In this document: one piece after another, positions 23,815 to 32,000 of the stretch
Numbering within the stretch: the first letter of the stretch is position 1
How the letters are laid out: every line of letters starts with the position of its first letter
Source: Burkholderiaceae bacterium
GTDB lineage: Bacteria; Pseudomonadota; Gammaproteobacteria; Burkholderiales; Burkholderiaceae_C
NCBI GenBank assembly: GCA_049653005.1
Contig: JBASFL010000091.1
Location: forward strand, 83,946-115,945
Direction of reading: 5' to 3'
Length of the DNA: 32,000 nt
Position numbers and translations under genes: made by a program
Notes under the pieces: generated by a model
Told to the model about the DNA's origin: nothing
What the model saw: only the letters and a program-made list of their open reading frames with translations
The model's database searches: none

Positions 23815-23840
23815 GCGCTACCAGGCTGCGCTACACGCCG
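23764..23840 (-). tRNA. tRNA-Pro (anticodon GGG), 77 nt including encoded CCA
   Basis: Folded by hand from the reverse complement: CGGCGTG TA GCGC AGCCTGGTA GCGC A CTTGC ATGGGGT GCAAG GGGTC GCGAG TTCGAAT CCCGC CACGCCG ACCA. The acceptor, D and anticodon stems are perfect. The anticodon loop AU-GGG-GU gives GGG. The T-stem has one A:C mismatch. Confidence 0.9.
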
Positions 23841-23847
23841 ACAAGCC

Positions 23848-24294
23848 TCAAATTATAGCGTCAAATTCTGCTTTTTCTAAACCAACGCTCAGAAGATTGC
23901 GAATCTCAAGCAATTCTTGCCTCACGAGTGCCGAATTCAACAGCGGCACAGGCAAGCCTGAGGCTGACGAGGCACTGTCGGGGGTCACCAAGGCGTCGGG
24001 CACTTGCTCTCCAAGCGAGTCAAGCGCTTTGACGTGAAGTCCCAGCTCTTGCAAGCGGTTACGGGCGCCACTGATCGTGAAACCCTGCTCGTACAACAAC
24101 TCGCGAATACGTCGAATCATCAGCACTTCGTGGTGCTGGTAATAACGGCGATTACCACGGCGCTTCATCGGCCGAAGTTGGCTGAACTCTTGCTCCCAAT
24201 ACCTGAGCACATGGGGCTTGACCCCGCACAGCTCGCCCACCTCACCGATGGTGAAATAGCGCTTGACGGGAATGGCGGGCAACTCTGTTTCCAT
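23848..24294 (-). CDS. MerR-family transcriptional regulator (the conserved partner downstream of ihfA)
   Basis: KRYFTIGEVGELCGVKPHVLRYWEQEFSQLRPMKRRGNRRYYQHHEVLMIRRIRELLYEQGFTISGARNRLQEL is a MerR-type HTH. The start is taken at METELPAIPV (24294). In-frame upstream ATGs at 24339 and 24429 are possible alternatives. Confidence 0.8.
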   Translation of the reverse strand: METELPAIPVKRYFTIGEVGELCGVKPHVLRYWEQEFSQLRPMKRRGNRRYYQHHEVLMIRRIRELLYEQGFTISGARNRLQELGLHVKALDSLGEQVPDALVTPDSASSASGLPVPLLNSALVRQELLEIRNLLSVGLEKAEFDAII

Positions 24295-24434
24295 GGCTCT
24301 CAATGCGTTGGCAACGAGTTTCGAATTTACGCCATGCATCGGACCGGCGCAAACCTCAGCAACGTTGGAAAAAGAAACTGTTGCGGTCCACCCCACCGAC
24401 GTGCCAACTCGTTGGCACACCAAGCGCAAACGGA

Positions 24435-24752
24435 TCAGGCAGACGCTTGCACCTGCTCCTTCAGCTTCGGACTGGCGTGAAAGGTCACGACACGGCGGGC
24501 ATCGATGGAAACAGGCTCACCGGTCCTGGGGTTGCGCCCCGGCCGGGATGCTTTTGTTCTGATGTGGAAATTGCCAAAACCCGAAATTTTCACATCGGCA
24601 CCCTCGACCAAGGCATCCGCGATCAAGTCAAAAAACGCTTCGATCATGTCTTTCGACTCGCGTTTGTTCAACCCGATGTGCTCGAACAGCAAATCGGCCA
24701 AATGGGCCTTGGTCAAGGCCGGGGTTTCCAAACTTTCAATGGAAAATTCCAT
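24435..24752 (-). CDS. ihfA: Integration host factor alpha subunit
   Basis: 105 aa. LTKAHLADLLFE..GLNKRESKDMIEAFFDLIADAL..G..VKISGFGNF..R.K..RPGRNPRTGE is the IHF-alpha/HU fold signature. It sits in the conserved position after pheT. Confidence 0.93.
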   Translation of the reverse strand: MEFSIESLETPALTKAHLADLLFEHIGLNKRESKDMIEAFFDLIADALVEGADVKISGFGNFHIRTKASRPGRNPRTGEPVSIDARRVVTFHASPKLKEQVQASA

Positions 24753-24767
24753 GGCAGGTCCGATCCA

Positions 24768-27182
24768 TCAGGCGCGCTGCCGCGCACCCAGCACATCACC
24801 CATGCGCTGGACCACGGCACCCACCGCCGATTCAATTTCTTGCTCGGTCAACACGGCATCGTCTCGTTTCAACACCAAACGGATGGCCAGACTTTTTTCA
24901 GCGACGTGCGTGCCCGCTTGCGTTTTGGGTCGGTACACGTCAAACAACGTGGCTCCACGAAGCAGGGGCTGAATGGGGGTTGCGTCGATACACGCCATCA
25001 ACTGGGCGTGGGTCACCGAATCGGCCACCCACATGGAAATGTCACGCTCCACCGCCTGGATTTTGCTGAACGGCTCGAACGCAGGCACCACCCGCGCCAA
25101 CACCGCATCCAGCTCCAACTCAAAAAGCACAGGGGCCGATGCAAAACCCCAGGATTGGCTCCATTTGGGGTGCAACTCACCCAAGTAACCCACAACAGCC
25201 CCAGCCAAGCTGACGCTGGCGCAACGGCCTGGGTGAAAAGCGGGGTGATCTGCCACCGCAAACACAGGGGTGGCCGGGGCCAGCAACTGCTGCACATGTC
25301 CTTTGATGTCAAAAAAATCAAAGCCCGGCTTTTTGCCTTCCCAAGTCACACCGTCTTTGACACCCACCGCAAGACCGGCCACCCGCATGGGTTGATGAAA
25401 ACCCTTGACTGTCGTGTCCGAATCTTGAACCGATGCATCGCGGTGAAAAACGCGCCCAAGCTCAAATGCACAGACCCTGTCTGCTTTGCGGTCAAGGTTG
25501 AATTTGGCAACGTTCAGCAGAGAGCCCAGCAACGTCGAACGCATGACGCTCATTTGACTGGCGATGGGGTTGAGCAATTCAATCGGCGCCGTATTGCCCG
25601 CCAGTTGGGTTTCCCACGCCCGCTCAACGAAACTGAAATTGATGGTTTCTTGGTAACCCAATGCCGCCAACAAGCGGCGCACGGCATACGGTCCACGGGT
25701 GTTTTCCGCATCCAGCTTGGCTGTGATGGGGGCACAAGGCGGTGTTGCAGGGAGGTTGTCGTACCCCACCACGCGCGCGACTTCTTCGATGAGGTCTTCC
25801 TCAATCTGAATGTCAAAGCGGTAGGAAGGCGGGGCAATCGTCAACAGGCCCGGCGCTTCGGTCACCTGAAGCCCCAAACCCGCCAAGGCATCGGCGCATT
25901 GAGACTGCGTCAGTGGCATACCAATCACCTTGATCGCTCGATCAACACGCAGGGTGACAGGCTTCTGCACCGGCATGTTGGGCTGCACATCGGTCACGGG
26001 CCCCACCGAGCCGCCACAGATGTCCAAAATCAAACGCGTGATGTGCTCGATATGCTCAACAGTGCCACTCGGATCCACACCGCGCTCAAAACGGTGCCCT
26101 GCATCGGTGGAAAAGTTGTAACGCCGGGAACGACCTGCGACGGCTTTGGGCCACCAGAAGGCAGCTTCCACATAGATATTGTGTGTGGCGTCAGACACCG
26201 CCGTGGCATCTCCGCCCATGATGCCAGCCAATGACTCCACTTGGGCCTCATCAGCAATCACCCCTACTTGGGCGTCCAACTCGACGGTGGTGCCATTGAG
26301 CAACTTGAGCTGCTCACCGGCTTTTGCCCATCGCACCGACAGGGCGCCGCGAATGCGATCGAAATCAAAAATATGGGTGGGACGACCCAACTCGAACATC
26401 ACGTAGTTGGAGATGTCAACCAACACACTCACGCTGCGTTGACCGCAACGCTCAAGCCGATCAACCATCCACTTGGGGGTTGTGACTTGGCTGTTGATGC
26501 CGCGAATGATGCGGCCAGAAAACCGCCCGCACAAATCGGGCGCATCCACGACAACAGGCAGTGTGTCTTGATGCGTGGGCTCAATTTGCGGGAACTCCAG
26601 CGTTTTCAACGGTGACCCGGTGAGTGCAGCCAATTCCCGTGCGACGCCGTACACACTCAAGCAATGTGCCAAGTTAGGGGTCAGTTTGAGGGTAAAAAGT
26701 GTGTCGTCCAGACCCAAATGATCTCGGATTGAAAGCCCGACGGATGCATCTGGGGCCAATTCAAGCAGCCCGTCCTGATCGCTCCTGACACCCAACTCGT
26801 TGGCAGAGCACAGCATGCCCTGGCTCTCCACGCCCCTCAGTTTGCCGAGCTTGATTTGAAAGGGCTTGCCGTCTGTACCTGGCGGCAGCTGAGCGCCCAC
26901 CAGGGCGCAAGGAACACGGATACCCACCCTGGCATTGGGAGCTCCGCACACGATGGTCAGCGGGGTTGATTCACCCGTGTTAACCGAACAAACCCGCAGG
27001 CGATCGGCATTGGGATGTGGGGCCACTTCCAAGATTTCTGCAACCACCACACCACTGAAAGGCGGGGCAACAGGCTCCATGGACTCGACTTCCAAACCAG
27101 CCATGGTCAGCGTATCGGCCAGTTGCAAAGTTGACAGTGGTGGGTTGCAAAACTCGCGCAACCAAGATTCAGGAAATTGCAT
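24768..27182 (-). CDS. pheT: Phenylalanine--tRNA ligase beta subunit
   Basis: 804 aa. MQFPESWLREFCNP..., a tRNA-binding OB domain, then B3/4, B5 and the anticodon-binding-like C-terminus. It follows pheS. Confidence 0.95.
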   Translation of the reverse strand: MQFPESWLREFCNPPLSTLQLADTLTMAGLEVESMEPVAPPFSGVVVAEILEVAPHPNADRLRVCSVNTGESTPLTIVCGAPNARVGIRVPCALVGAQLPPGTDGKPFQIKLGKLRGVESQGMLCSANELGVRSDQDGLLELAPDASVGLSIRDHLGLDDTLFTLKLTPNLAHCLSVYGVARELAALTGSPLKTLEFPQIEPTHQDTLPVVVDAPDLCGRFSGRIIRGINSQVTTPKWMVDRLERCGQRSVSVLVDISNYVMFELGRPTHIFDFDRIRGALSVRWAKAGEQLKLLNGTTVELDAQVGVIADEAQVESLAGIMGGDATAVSDATHNIYVEAAFWWPKAVAGRSRRYNFSTDAGHRFERGVDPSGTVEHIEHITRLILDICGGSVGPVTDVQPNMPVQKPVTLRVDRAIKVIGMPLTQSQCADALAGLGLQVTEAPGLLTIAPPSYRFDIQIEEDLIEEVARVVGYDNLPATPPCAPITAKLDAENTRGPYAVRRLLAALGYQETINFSFVERAWETQLAGNTAPIELLNPIASQMSVMRSTLLGSLLNVAKFNLDRKADRVCAFELGRVFHRDASVQDSDTTVKGFHQPMRVAGLAVGVKDGVTWEGKKPGFDFFDIKGHVQQLLAPATPVFAVADHPAFHPGRCASVSLAGAVVGYLGELHPKWSQSWGFASAPVLFELELDAVLARVVPAFEPFSKIQAVERDISMWVADSVTHAQLMACIDATPIQPLLRGATLFDVYRPKTQAGTHVAEKSLAIRLVLKRDDAVLTEQEIESAVGAVVQRMGDVLGARQRA

Positions 27183-27201
27183 GGTGTGTCAAGCGTGGTT
27201 G

Positions 27202-28254
27202 TTATTGGAATTGGCTCAGAAATCGCATGTCCCCATCGAAGAACAACCGCAAATCGTTGACGCAGTACCTGAGCATGGTGAGTCGATCTGGCCCCATGCC
27301 AAACGCAAAACCTATGTATTTTTCAGGATCCAGGCCCATGTTTCTCACCACGTTGGGGTGCACCTGACCCGAACCGGCAACTTCCAACCAACGCCCGGCC
27401 AACGGACCGTTTTGGAACTGAATATCCACCTCTGCACTGGGTTCAGTAAAGGGGAAAAAACTGGGACGGAAACGCAACACCAAATCCGCGCTTTCAAAGA
27501 AAGTGCGGCAAAAGTCCGTGAACACGACCTTCAGATCTTTGAAGCTGACCGCTTCACCGATCCAAAGACCTTCGCATTGGTGAAACATGGGCGAATGCGT
27601 GGCATCGCTGTCAACACGGTAGGTTCGGCCCGGCGCAATCACTCGAATTTCAGGCATACCCATGCCAGCATCCAAACTGGTGCGAAAACGCTTGACGTGT
27701 TGCACCGCGTGCCGAATTTGCATCGGACTGGTGTGGGTGCGGAGAAGCAATGGCGCCTGTGGTGTCCCACCTTGCACATAAAACGTGTCGTGCATGGACC
27801 GGGCTGGGTGGTCCTCGGGCGTGTTCAGCGCTGTGAAATTGAACCAATCAGTCTCAATTTCTGGCCCCTGCGCCACTTCAAATCCCATCGATTTGAAAAT
27901 GCCCTCAATCCGCTCCAGGGTCAACGACACAGGGTGCAAGCCACCCCCAGGCTGACAGCGGCCAGGCAAAGTAACGTCCAACGCCTCAGCCTTCAGCTGG
28001 GCATCCAACTCTGCATCGGCCAATGCCTGACGTCGATGCCCCAAGGCGGCTTCAATAGCCTGCTTGGCTTGGTTGATTGCCGCACCCCGGGACTTTTTCT
28101 CTTCAACTGAAAGGGCCGCCAAACCCTTCATCAGCTCCGTGATTTTTCCAGCCTTACCCAAAAAAAGGGCTTTTGCGTTTTCCAAATCAGCGGGAGTTCC
28201 CGCCTCCCCGAATTGCGCTTGCGCGGCAACCACCAATGCGTCCAGCTCGTTCAT
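27202..28254 (-). CDS. pheS: Phenylalanine--tRNA ligase alpha subunit
   Basis: 350 aa from the ATG at 28254 ([15 protein letters not shown]...). It has the class II motifs [27 protein letters not shown] and GSGQVHPNV...GFAFGMG.DR. The ORF-track extension to 28335 was rejected. Confidence 0.93.
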   Translation of the reverse strand: MNELDALVVAAQAQFGEAGTPADLENAKALFLGKAGKITELMKGLAALSVEEKKSRGAAINQAKQAIEAALGHRRQALADAELDAQLKAEALDVTLPGRCQPGGGLHPVSLTLERIEGIFKSMGFEVAQGPEIETDWFNFTALNTPEDHPARSMHDTFYVQGGTPQAPLLLRTHTSPMQIRHAVQHVKRFRTSLDAGMGMPEIRVIAPGRTYRVDSDATHSPMFHQCEGLWIGEAVSFKDLKVVFTDFCRTFFESADLVLRFRPSFFPFTEPSAEVDIQFQNGPLAGRWLEVAGSGQVHPNVVRNMGLDPEKYIGFAFGMGPDRLTMLRYCVNDLRLFFDGDMRFLSQFQ

Positions 28255-28356
28255 AGGATCTCTGTCAATGAAAAAGGGCCAGCGCTTGTTAAGCCCCAGC
28301 CCTTGTTTCAGGTGTATGGCCTGCGGTTTTGACAACCGCAGAGTTGCAAACCGCTG

Positions 28357-28719
28357 TCAGGCAGCGGCGAGTTTGGCCTTGACCTGTTCAACAATGCTCG
28401 CAAATGCAGCTTTGTCGTGCACAGCCAAATCAGCCAGCACCTTGCGGTCGATTTCAATCGCAGCCTTTTTCAAGCCGTTGGCAAACTGGCTGTAGGTCAG
28501 GCCAAGTTCACGAGCACCGGCGTTGATACGCGCGATCCACAGCTGACGGAACACGCGCTTGCGGTTGCGCCGGTCACGGTAAGCATACTGACCTGCTTTC
28601 ATCACCGCCTGTTTGGCGATGCGGAAAACATTACCGCGGCGACCGCGGAAACCTTTGGCAAGGGCGAGAACTTTTTTGTGGCGGGCGCGAGCCGTTACAC
28701 CACGTTTGACGCGAGGCAT
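28357..28719 (-). CDS. rplT: 50S ribosomal protein L20
   Basis: [65 protein letters not shown] is unmistakable L20. Confidence 0.97.
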   Translation of the reverse strand: MPRVKRGVTARARHKKVLALAKGFRGRRGNVFRIAKQAVMKAGQYAYRDRRNRKRVFRQLWIARINAGARELGLTYSQFANGLKKAAIEIDRKVLADLAVHDKAAFASIVEQVKAKLAAA

Positions 28720-28743
28720 GAATTACTCCTTGTTCGTCGTTGA

Positions 28744-28947
28744 TCAAATACCCATGCCGGGCAACATTTGCGCCATGTGACCCATATTGGTCTCATGCAC
28801 TGCAACTGCACCGCGCAAATGGCGTTTGTTTTTGGTGGTTTTCTTGGTCAAAATGTGGCGCTTGAAAGCTTGACCACGTTTGACGGTGCCACCAGGACGA
28901 ACGCGGAAGCGTTTCTTCGCACCGCTCTTGGTCTTCATTTTGGGCAT
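28744..28947 (-). CDS. rpmI: 50S ribosomal protein L35
   Basis: From the ATG at 28947 (preceded by GAAGGAGCATTCA): [46 protein letters not shown]..., 67 aa. Confidence 0.95.
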   Translation of the reverse strand: MPKMKTKSGAKKRFRVRPGGTVKRGQAFKRHILTKKTTKNKRHLRGAVAVHETNMGHMAQMLPGMGI

Positions 28948-29100
28948 TGAATGCTCCTTCTGGTTTGTGCTCGTGAGGCGCTGCGAACCTGACGCAGACT
29001 TGTTGGCCCCGAGCCACTTTTTTTGTGGGAAAACCCACAATGCCGAAGGCTCTCGCCATCGGCACCCACGCAACAAGTGACCGACCTGTTGCGAAGTTTG
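28948..29100 (-). promoter_or_regulatory. Highly structured infC-rpmI spacer; candidate L20-responsive rpmI-rplT leader
   Basis: In minus sense there are four near-perfect hairpins within 153 nt. They are CGCAACA-N11-UGUUGCG; UGCCGA-U-GGC-GAGA-GCC-U-UCGGCA; UGUGGG-UUUU-CCCACA followed by A7; and CUGCG-UCAGGUU-CGCAG. The SD follows at GAAGGAG. L20 autoregulation through the rpmI leader is established in E. coli. Whether this structure is the operator is inference. Confidence 0.4.
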
Positions 29101-29703
29101 TCAGCCAGCAGCAACCGGCGTTGAAACACCGTCTGCTGGCTTGGCGACCACACCTGGCTTTTTTCTGCCCGGAGCGATCATCATGATCATTTGCCGTCCC
29201 TCCAGCTTGGGGAACTGCTCCACCACAATCAAGTCCGCCAACTCATCGCGGATGCGCTGCAACAAGGCCAGCCCGATCTCTTGGTGAGTGATTTCACGCC
29301 CACGAAAGCGGAGTGTGATTTTGCACTTATCACCATCGCCGAGAAACCGGCGGATGTTACGCATCTTGATGTTGTAGTCGCCGTCGTCGGTGCCGGGGCG
29401 AAACTTGACTTCTTTGATTTCGATAACCGTCTGCTTGGCCTTGGCCTCTGCCGCCTTTTTCTGCTCTTGGTATTTGAACTTGCCGTAGTCCATCAACCGG
29501 CAAACCGGTGGATTCGCCGCAGCGGCAATCTCAACCAAGTCAACATCCAACTCGCCAGCCATTCGCAGCGCGTCATTGATATTGACAATTCCCAAGGGCT
29601 CGTTTTCAGGGCCAGACAGGCGCACTTCAGGCGCCATGATTTCGCGGTTCAGCCTGTGCTGGCGCTCTTCACGCTGGCGACGGTCTCGAAAGTTGGTAGC
29701 GAT
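29101..29703 (-). CDS. infC: Translation initiation factor IF-3, with a non-AUG (AUC) start
   Basis: The ORF-track ATG (29637) gives [18 protein letters not shown].... The in-frame upstream sequence [22 protein letters not shown] matches the usual IF-3 N-terminus (I/M-A-T...HR.N.EI.APEVRL). The ATC at 29703 is preceded by AAAAGAG. infC genes classically use AUU/AUC/AUA for autoregulation. Confidence 0.85.
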   Translation of the reverse strand: MATNFRDRRQREERQHRLNREIMAPEVRLSGPENEPLGIVNINDALRMAGELDVDLVEIAAAANPPVCRLMDYGKFKYQEQKKAAEAKAKQTVIEIKEVKFRPGTDDGDYNIKMRNIRRFLGDGDKCKITLRFRGREITHQEIGLALLQRIRDELADLIVVEQFPKLEGRQMIMMIAPGRKKPGVVAKPADGVSTPVAAG

Positions 29704-29760
29704 GGTAGGTACTCTTTTTGATTCTTACTGGTGCAACTCGACCGCACAAACTGCCCTACA

Positions 29761-31668
29761 TCAGACCTTGGTCTGAATGTCGTTTTGAACCAGCTTGATA
29801 AAGTCCCCGATGGGCATAACACCCAGGTCTTTGTTGCCGCGCGCACGAACGGAAACCGTTCCTGCAGCCTTTTCCTTGTCGCCAGCAACAAGGATGTACG
29901 GCGTTTTTCGCATTGAATGCTCCCGTATTTTATACGTTATTTTCTCGTTACGCAGATCAACCGAAGCCCTAAACCCTTGATTTTGCAGCGTATTCACCAC
30001 ATCACGGACATAATCCGCCTGAGCGTCGGTGATATTGAGCACATCGACTTGCACTGGCGCCAGCCACACGGGCAGCGCGCCCGCATGCTGTTCAATCAAA
30101 ATACCGATGAAGCGCTCCAAGCTCCCCACAATGGCACGGTGGAGCATGATGGGTCGGTGTCGGGCGCCATCCTCACCCACAAATTCAGCGTCCAGTCGCT
30201 CTGGCAGATTGGGATCCACTTGTATGGTGCCGCACTGCCAAGGCCGCCCCAGCGCATCCTTGAGCGTGTATTCGATTTTCGGGCCGTAAAAAGCACCCTC
30301 CCCTGGCAAATACTCGAAAGCGCAGCCTGATGCACGCAGCCCATCGGCCAGGGCGTTTTCCGCGCGATCCCAGCTTTCATCCGTGCCGATGCGTTTTTCA
30401 GGGCGGGTAGACAGCTTGTAAATGATGTCGGTGAACCCGAAGTCTTTGTAGACCTTCTGCAACAAGGTGGTGAACGCCACCACCTCGGCCTGTATCTGGT
30501 CTTCGGTGCAAAAAATATGGCCGTCGTCTTGGGTAAAGGCACGGACACGCATGATCCCGTGCAAACCACCCGATGGCTCGTTGCGGTGACATTGACCAAA
30601 CTCACCAAACCTGATGGGCAGGTCACGGTAGCTTTTGATACCTTGCTTGAAGATGATGATGTGGCCAGGGCAATTCATCGGCTTCAGCGCGTAATCCCGC
30701 TTTTCCGACTCTGTGACGAACATGTTTTCGCGGTACTTGTCCCAGTGGCCGGTTTTCTCCCAGAGGCCTTGATCCAGAATTTGAGGCCCTTTGACCTCTT
30801 GATACCCGTTGTCACGGTAGACGCGGCGCATGTACTGCTCCACCTCTTGCCACAGCGTCCAACCTTTCGGGTGCCAGAACACAGTCCCAGGAGAGTGTTC
30901 ATCGATGTGGAACAGGTCCAACTCACGCCCCAACTTTCGGTGGTCACGCTTCTCCGCCTCTTCCAGCATGGTCAAGTGCTGCTGGAGTTCGTCTTTGCTG
31001 GCCCATGCAGTACCGTAAATGCGCTGCAACATTTCGTTGCGGTGGTCACCGCGCCAATAAGCACCCGCAACCTTCATCAGCTTGAAGTGCTTGAGCTTGC
31101 CCGTGCTGGGGACGTGGGGACCACGGCACAGGTCTTCGAATACACCCTCCCGGTAAAGACTCACGTCTTCATTGCTGGGAATGCTGGCAATGATCTCGGC
31201 CTTGTAGTGCTCACCCAGGCCCTTGAAATGAGCAACCGCTTCATCGCGCGGCAACACCCGACGCACAACGGGTTCATCTTTGCCGGCCAACTCGACCATG
31301 CGTTTTTCAATGGCGACCAAATCTTCAGGGGTAAAAGGCCGTTTGTAGGAAAAATCGTAGAAAAAACCGTGCTCGATGACGGGGCCAATGGTCACCTGCG
31401 CATCAGGAAACAACTCCTTGACGGCGTAAGCAAGCAGGTGCGCGGTGGAGTGTCGAATCATCTCCAGGCCATCAGCATCTTTGCCCGTCACGATGGCAAG
31501 GGCGGCATCACCCTGAATAACAAAAGATGCGTCAACCAGCTTGCCGTCTACTTTGCCGCCCAACGCAGCCTTTGCCAGACCTGCGCCAATGGAGGCAGCC
31601 ACTTCGGCGACCGAAACCGGGCCGGGAAATTGGCGCTGAGAGCCATCAGGGAGCGTGATATTCAACAA
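29761..31668 (-). CDS. thrS: Threonine--tRNA ligase, probable UUG start
   Basis: (M)[27 protein letters not shown] aligns residue for residue with the E. coli [14 protein letters not shown] start. The TTG at 31668 lies 6 nt after GGAG. The ORF-track ATG at 31716 would add [16 protein letters not shown], which is not ThrS-like. It has a TGS domain, an editing domain, class II motifs and an anticodon-binding domain. Confidence 0.93.
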   Translation of the reverse strand: MLNITLPDGSQRQFPGPVSVAEVAASIGAGLAKAALGGKVDGKLVDASFVIQGDAALAIVTGKDADGLEMIRHSTAHLLAYAVKELFPDAQVTIGPVIEHGFFYDFSYKRPFTPEDLVAIEKRMVELAGKDEPVVRRVLPRDEAVAHFKGLGEHYKAEIIASIPSNEDVSLYREGVFEDLCRGPHVPSTGKLKHFKLMKVAGAYWRGDHRNEMLQRIYGTAWASKDELQQHLTMLEEAEKRDHRKLGRELDLFHIDEHSPGTVFWHPKGWTLWQEVEQYMRRVYRDNGYQEVKGPQILDQGLWEKTGHWDKYRENMFVTESEKRDYALKPMNCPGHIIIFKQGIKSYRDLPIRFGEFGQCHRNEPSGGLHGIMRVRAFTQDDGHIFCTEDQIQAEVVAFTTLLQKVYKDFGFTDIIYKLSTRPEKRIGTDESWDRAENALADGLRASGCAFEYLPGEGAFYGPKIEYTLKDALGRPWQCGTIQVDPNLPERLDAEFVGEDGARHRPIMLHRAIVGSLERFIGILIEQHAGALPVWLAPVQVDVLNITDAQADYVRDVVNTLQNQGFRASVDLRNEKITYKIREHSMRKTPYILVAGDKEKAAGTVSVRARGNKDLGVMPIGDFIKLVQNDIQTKV

Positions 31669-31678
31669 GTCGATCTCC

Positions 31679-31707
31679 AGAAAACAGAAACGCGGCTCTG
31701 GGCCGCG
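31679..31707 (-). promoter_or_regulatory. Terminator-like hairpin abutting the thrS Shine-Dalgarno (possible attenuator/leader element)
   Basis: In minus sense: CGCGGC-CCAGA-GCCGCG (31707-31691), followed directly by UUUCUGUUUUCUGGAG, whose 3' end is the SD. Confidence 0.35.
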
Positions 31708-31884
31708 CTGAAACAAAACAAAACAAGCAGGCGCGAACTGGTGAAGCCCTCAACGGACTGTGAAAAACCCCCAAGCCGTTCGCGGTGTCATAACCAAAGT
31801 GCCTTTCTTGCTCTTCTTGCGTGAAACAGCCTGTATTTTCCCACAAAGCCCCAACACCCCAGAAACGCCCTCCGCACAGCGTTC

Positions 31885-31918
31885 GCAAAAAAGGCCACCT
31901 GTTTGACGAGGTGGCCTT
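31885..31918 (-). terminator. Rho-independent terminator of the gene upstream of thrS (that gene ends near 31966 and lies mostly outside the window)
   Basis: AAGGCCACC(31891-99)/GGTGGCCTT(31910-18), a 9-bp stem. In minus sense it is followed by TTTTTTG (31890-31884). Confidence 0.7.
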
Positions 31919-32000
31919 TGACTGGGTAGACCACAGCGCCCTCACGGGCACGCAGGCCTGCCAGCTCAGTGGAACTGCTCTTCTTCAGTGGAACCGGTCA

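Noticed and set aside
24303-26234. 643-aa + strand ORF
   Set aside because: It is antisense to pheT and ihfA. Its composition is Arg/His/Gly-rich and it has no recognisable domain. It is a shadow ORF.
28255-28335. Possible Phe-rich leader peptide/attenuator upstream of pheS (…[10 protein letters not shown])
   Set aside because: The segment is in frame and continuous with pheS (no stop) and has only two Phe codons. I could not find a convincing terminator/antiterminator pair, so it does not resemble the E. coli pheM attenuator.
30517-31824. 435-aa + strand ORF
   Set aside because: It is antisense to thrS and is a shadow ORF. The same reasoning applies to 7778-8812 and 8993-10324 (antisense to phaA and phaC), 325-963 (antisense to the GntR gene) and 4192-5046 (antisense to the TAXI gene).
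31966-32000. End of a minus-strand gene (…TGSTEEEQFH-stop) at the right edge
   Set aside because: Only 11 codons are visible, which is too little to identify or even confirm as coding. Only the downstream terminator is reported.

Overview
High-GC (beta)proteobacterial chromosome segment, Comamonadaceae/Burkholderiales-like judging by gene content and order. All calls rest on my own reading of the translated ORFs and the DNA; no database search was run. There are three blocks. (1) 1-14.1 kb is ordinary core genes: the 5' end of methylmalonyl-CoA mutase with a divergent GntR regulator, an ExoD-like membrane protein, a zinc-ribbon/HPF-like pair, an NhaR-like LysR regulator, an AIM24/TIGR00266 protein, a membrane-anchored TAXI-type binding protein coupled to dusA, the classical phaC-phaA-phaB PHB operon, pgeF/yfiH, a maiA plus FAH-family pair, and a NUDIX hydrolase. 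(2) 14,111-23,814 is a 9.7-kb integrative element inserted in the 3' end of tRNA-Pro(GGG). It is bounded by a 52-bp direct repeat (1 mismatch) and carries 30-bp arm-type repeats just inside both ends. It encodes a P4-type tyrosine integrase, an AlpA-like regulator, and a tightly coupled replication module (zf-CHC2 protein plus DUF3987 helicase-like protein plus unknowns). It also carries a decayed H-Y-E ADP-ribosyltransferase-like (polyvalent-protein) fragment, repeat-rich non-coding DNA, and a terminal 3-gene cassette ending in a DNA-binding-domain-less S24 (lambda CI C-terminal-domain-like) peptidase. No capsid, tail, terminase, lysis or conjugation genes are visible, so it looks like a phage-satellite/PICI-like island. 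This is where the novel biology most likely sits. (3) 23.8-31.7 kb is the conserved thrS-infC-rpmI-rplT-pheS-pheT-ihfA-merR-tRNA-Pro cluster on the minus strand, with non-AUG starts for infC (AUC) and thrS (UUG) and structured leaders. No CRISPR array, rRNA or IS element was seen. Many long ORFs in the track are antisense shadow ORFs typical of high-GC DNA and were rejected.
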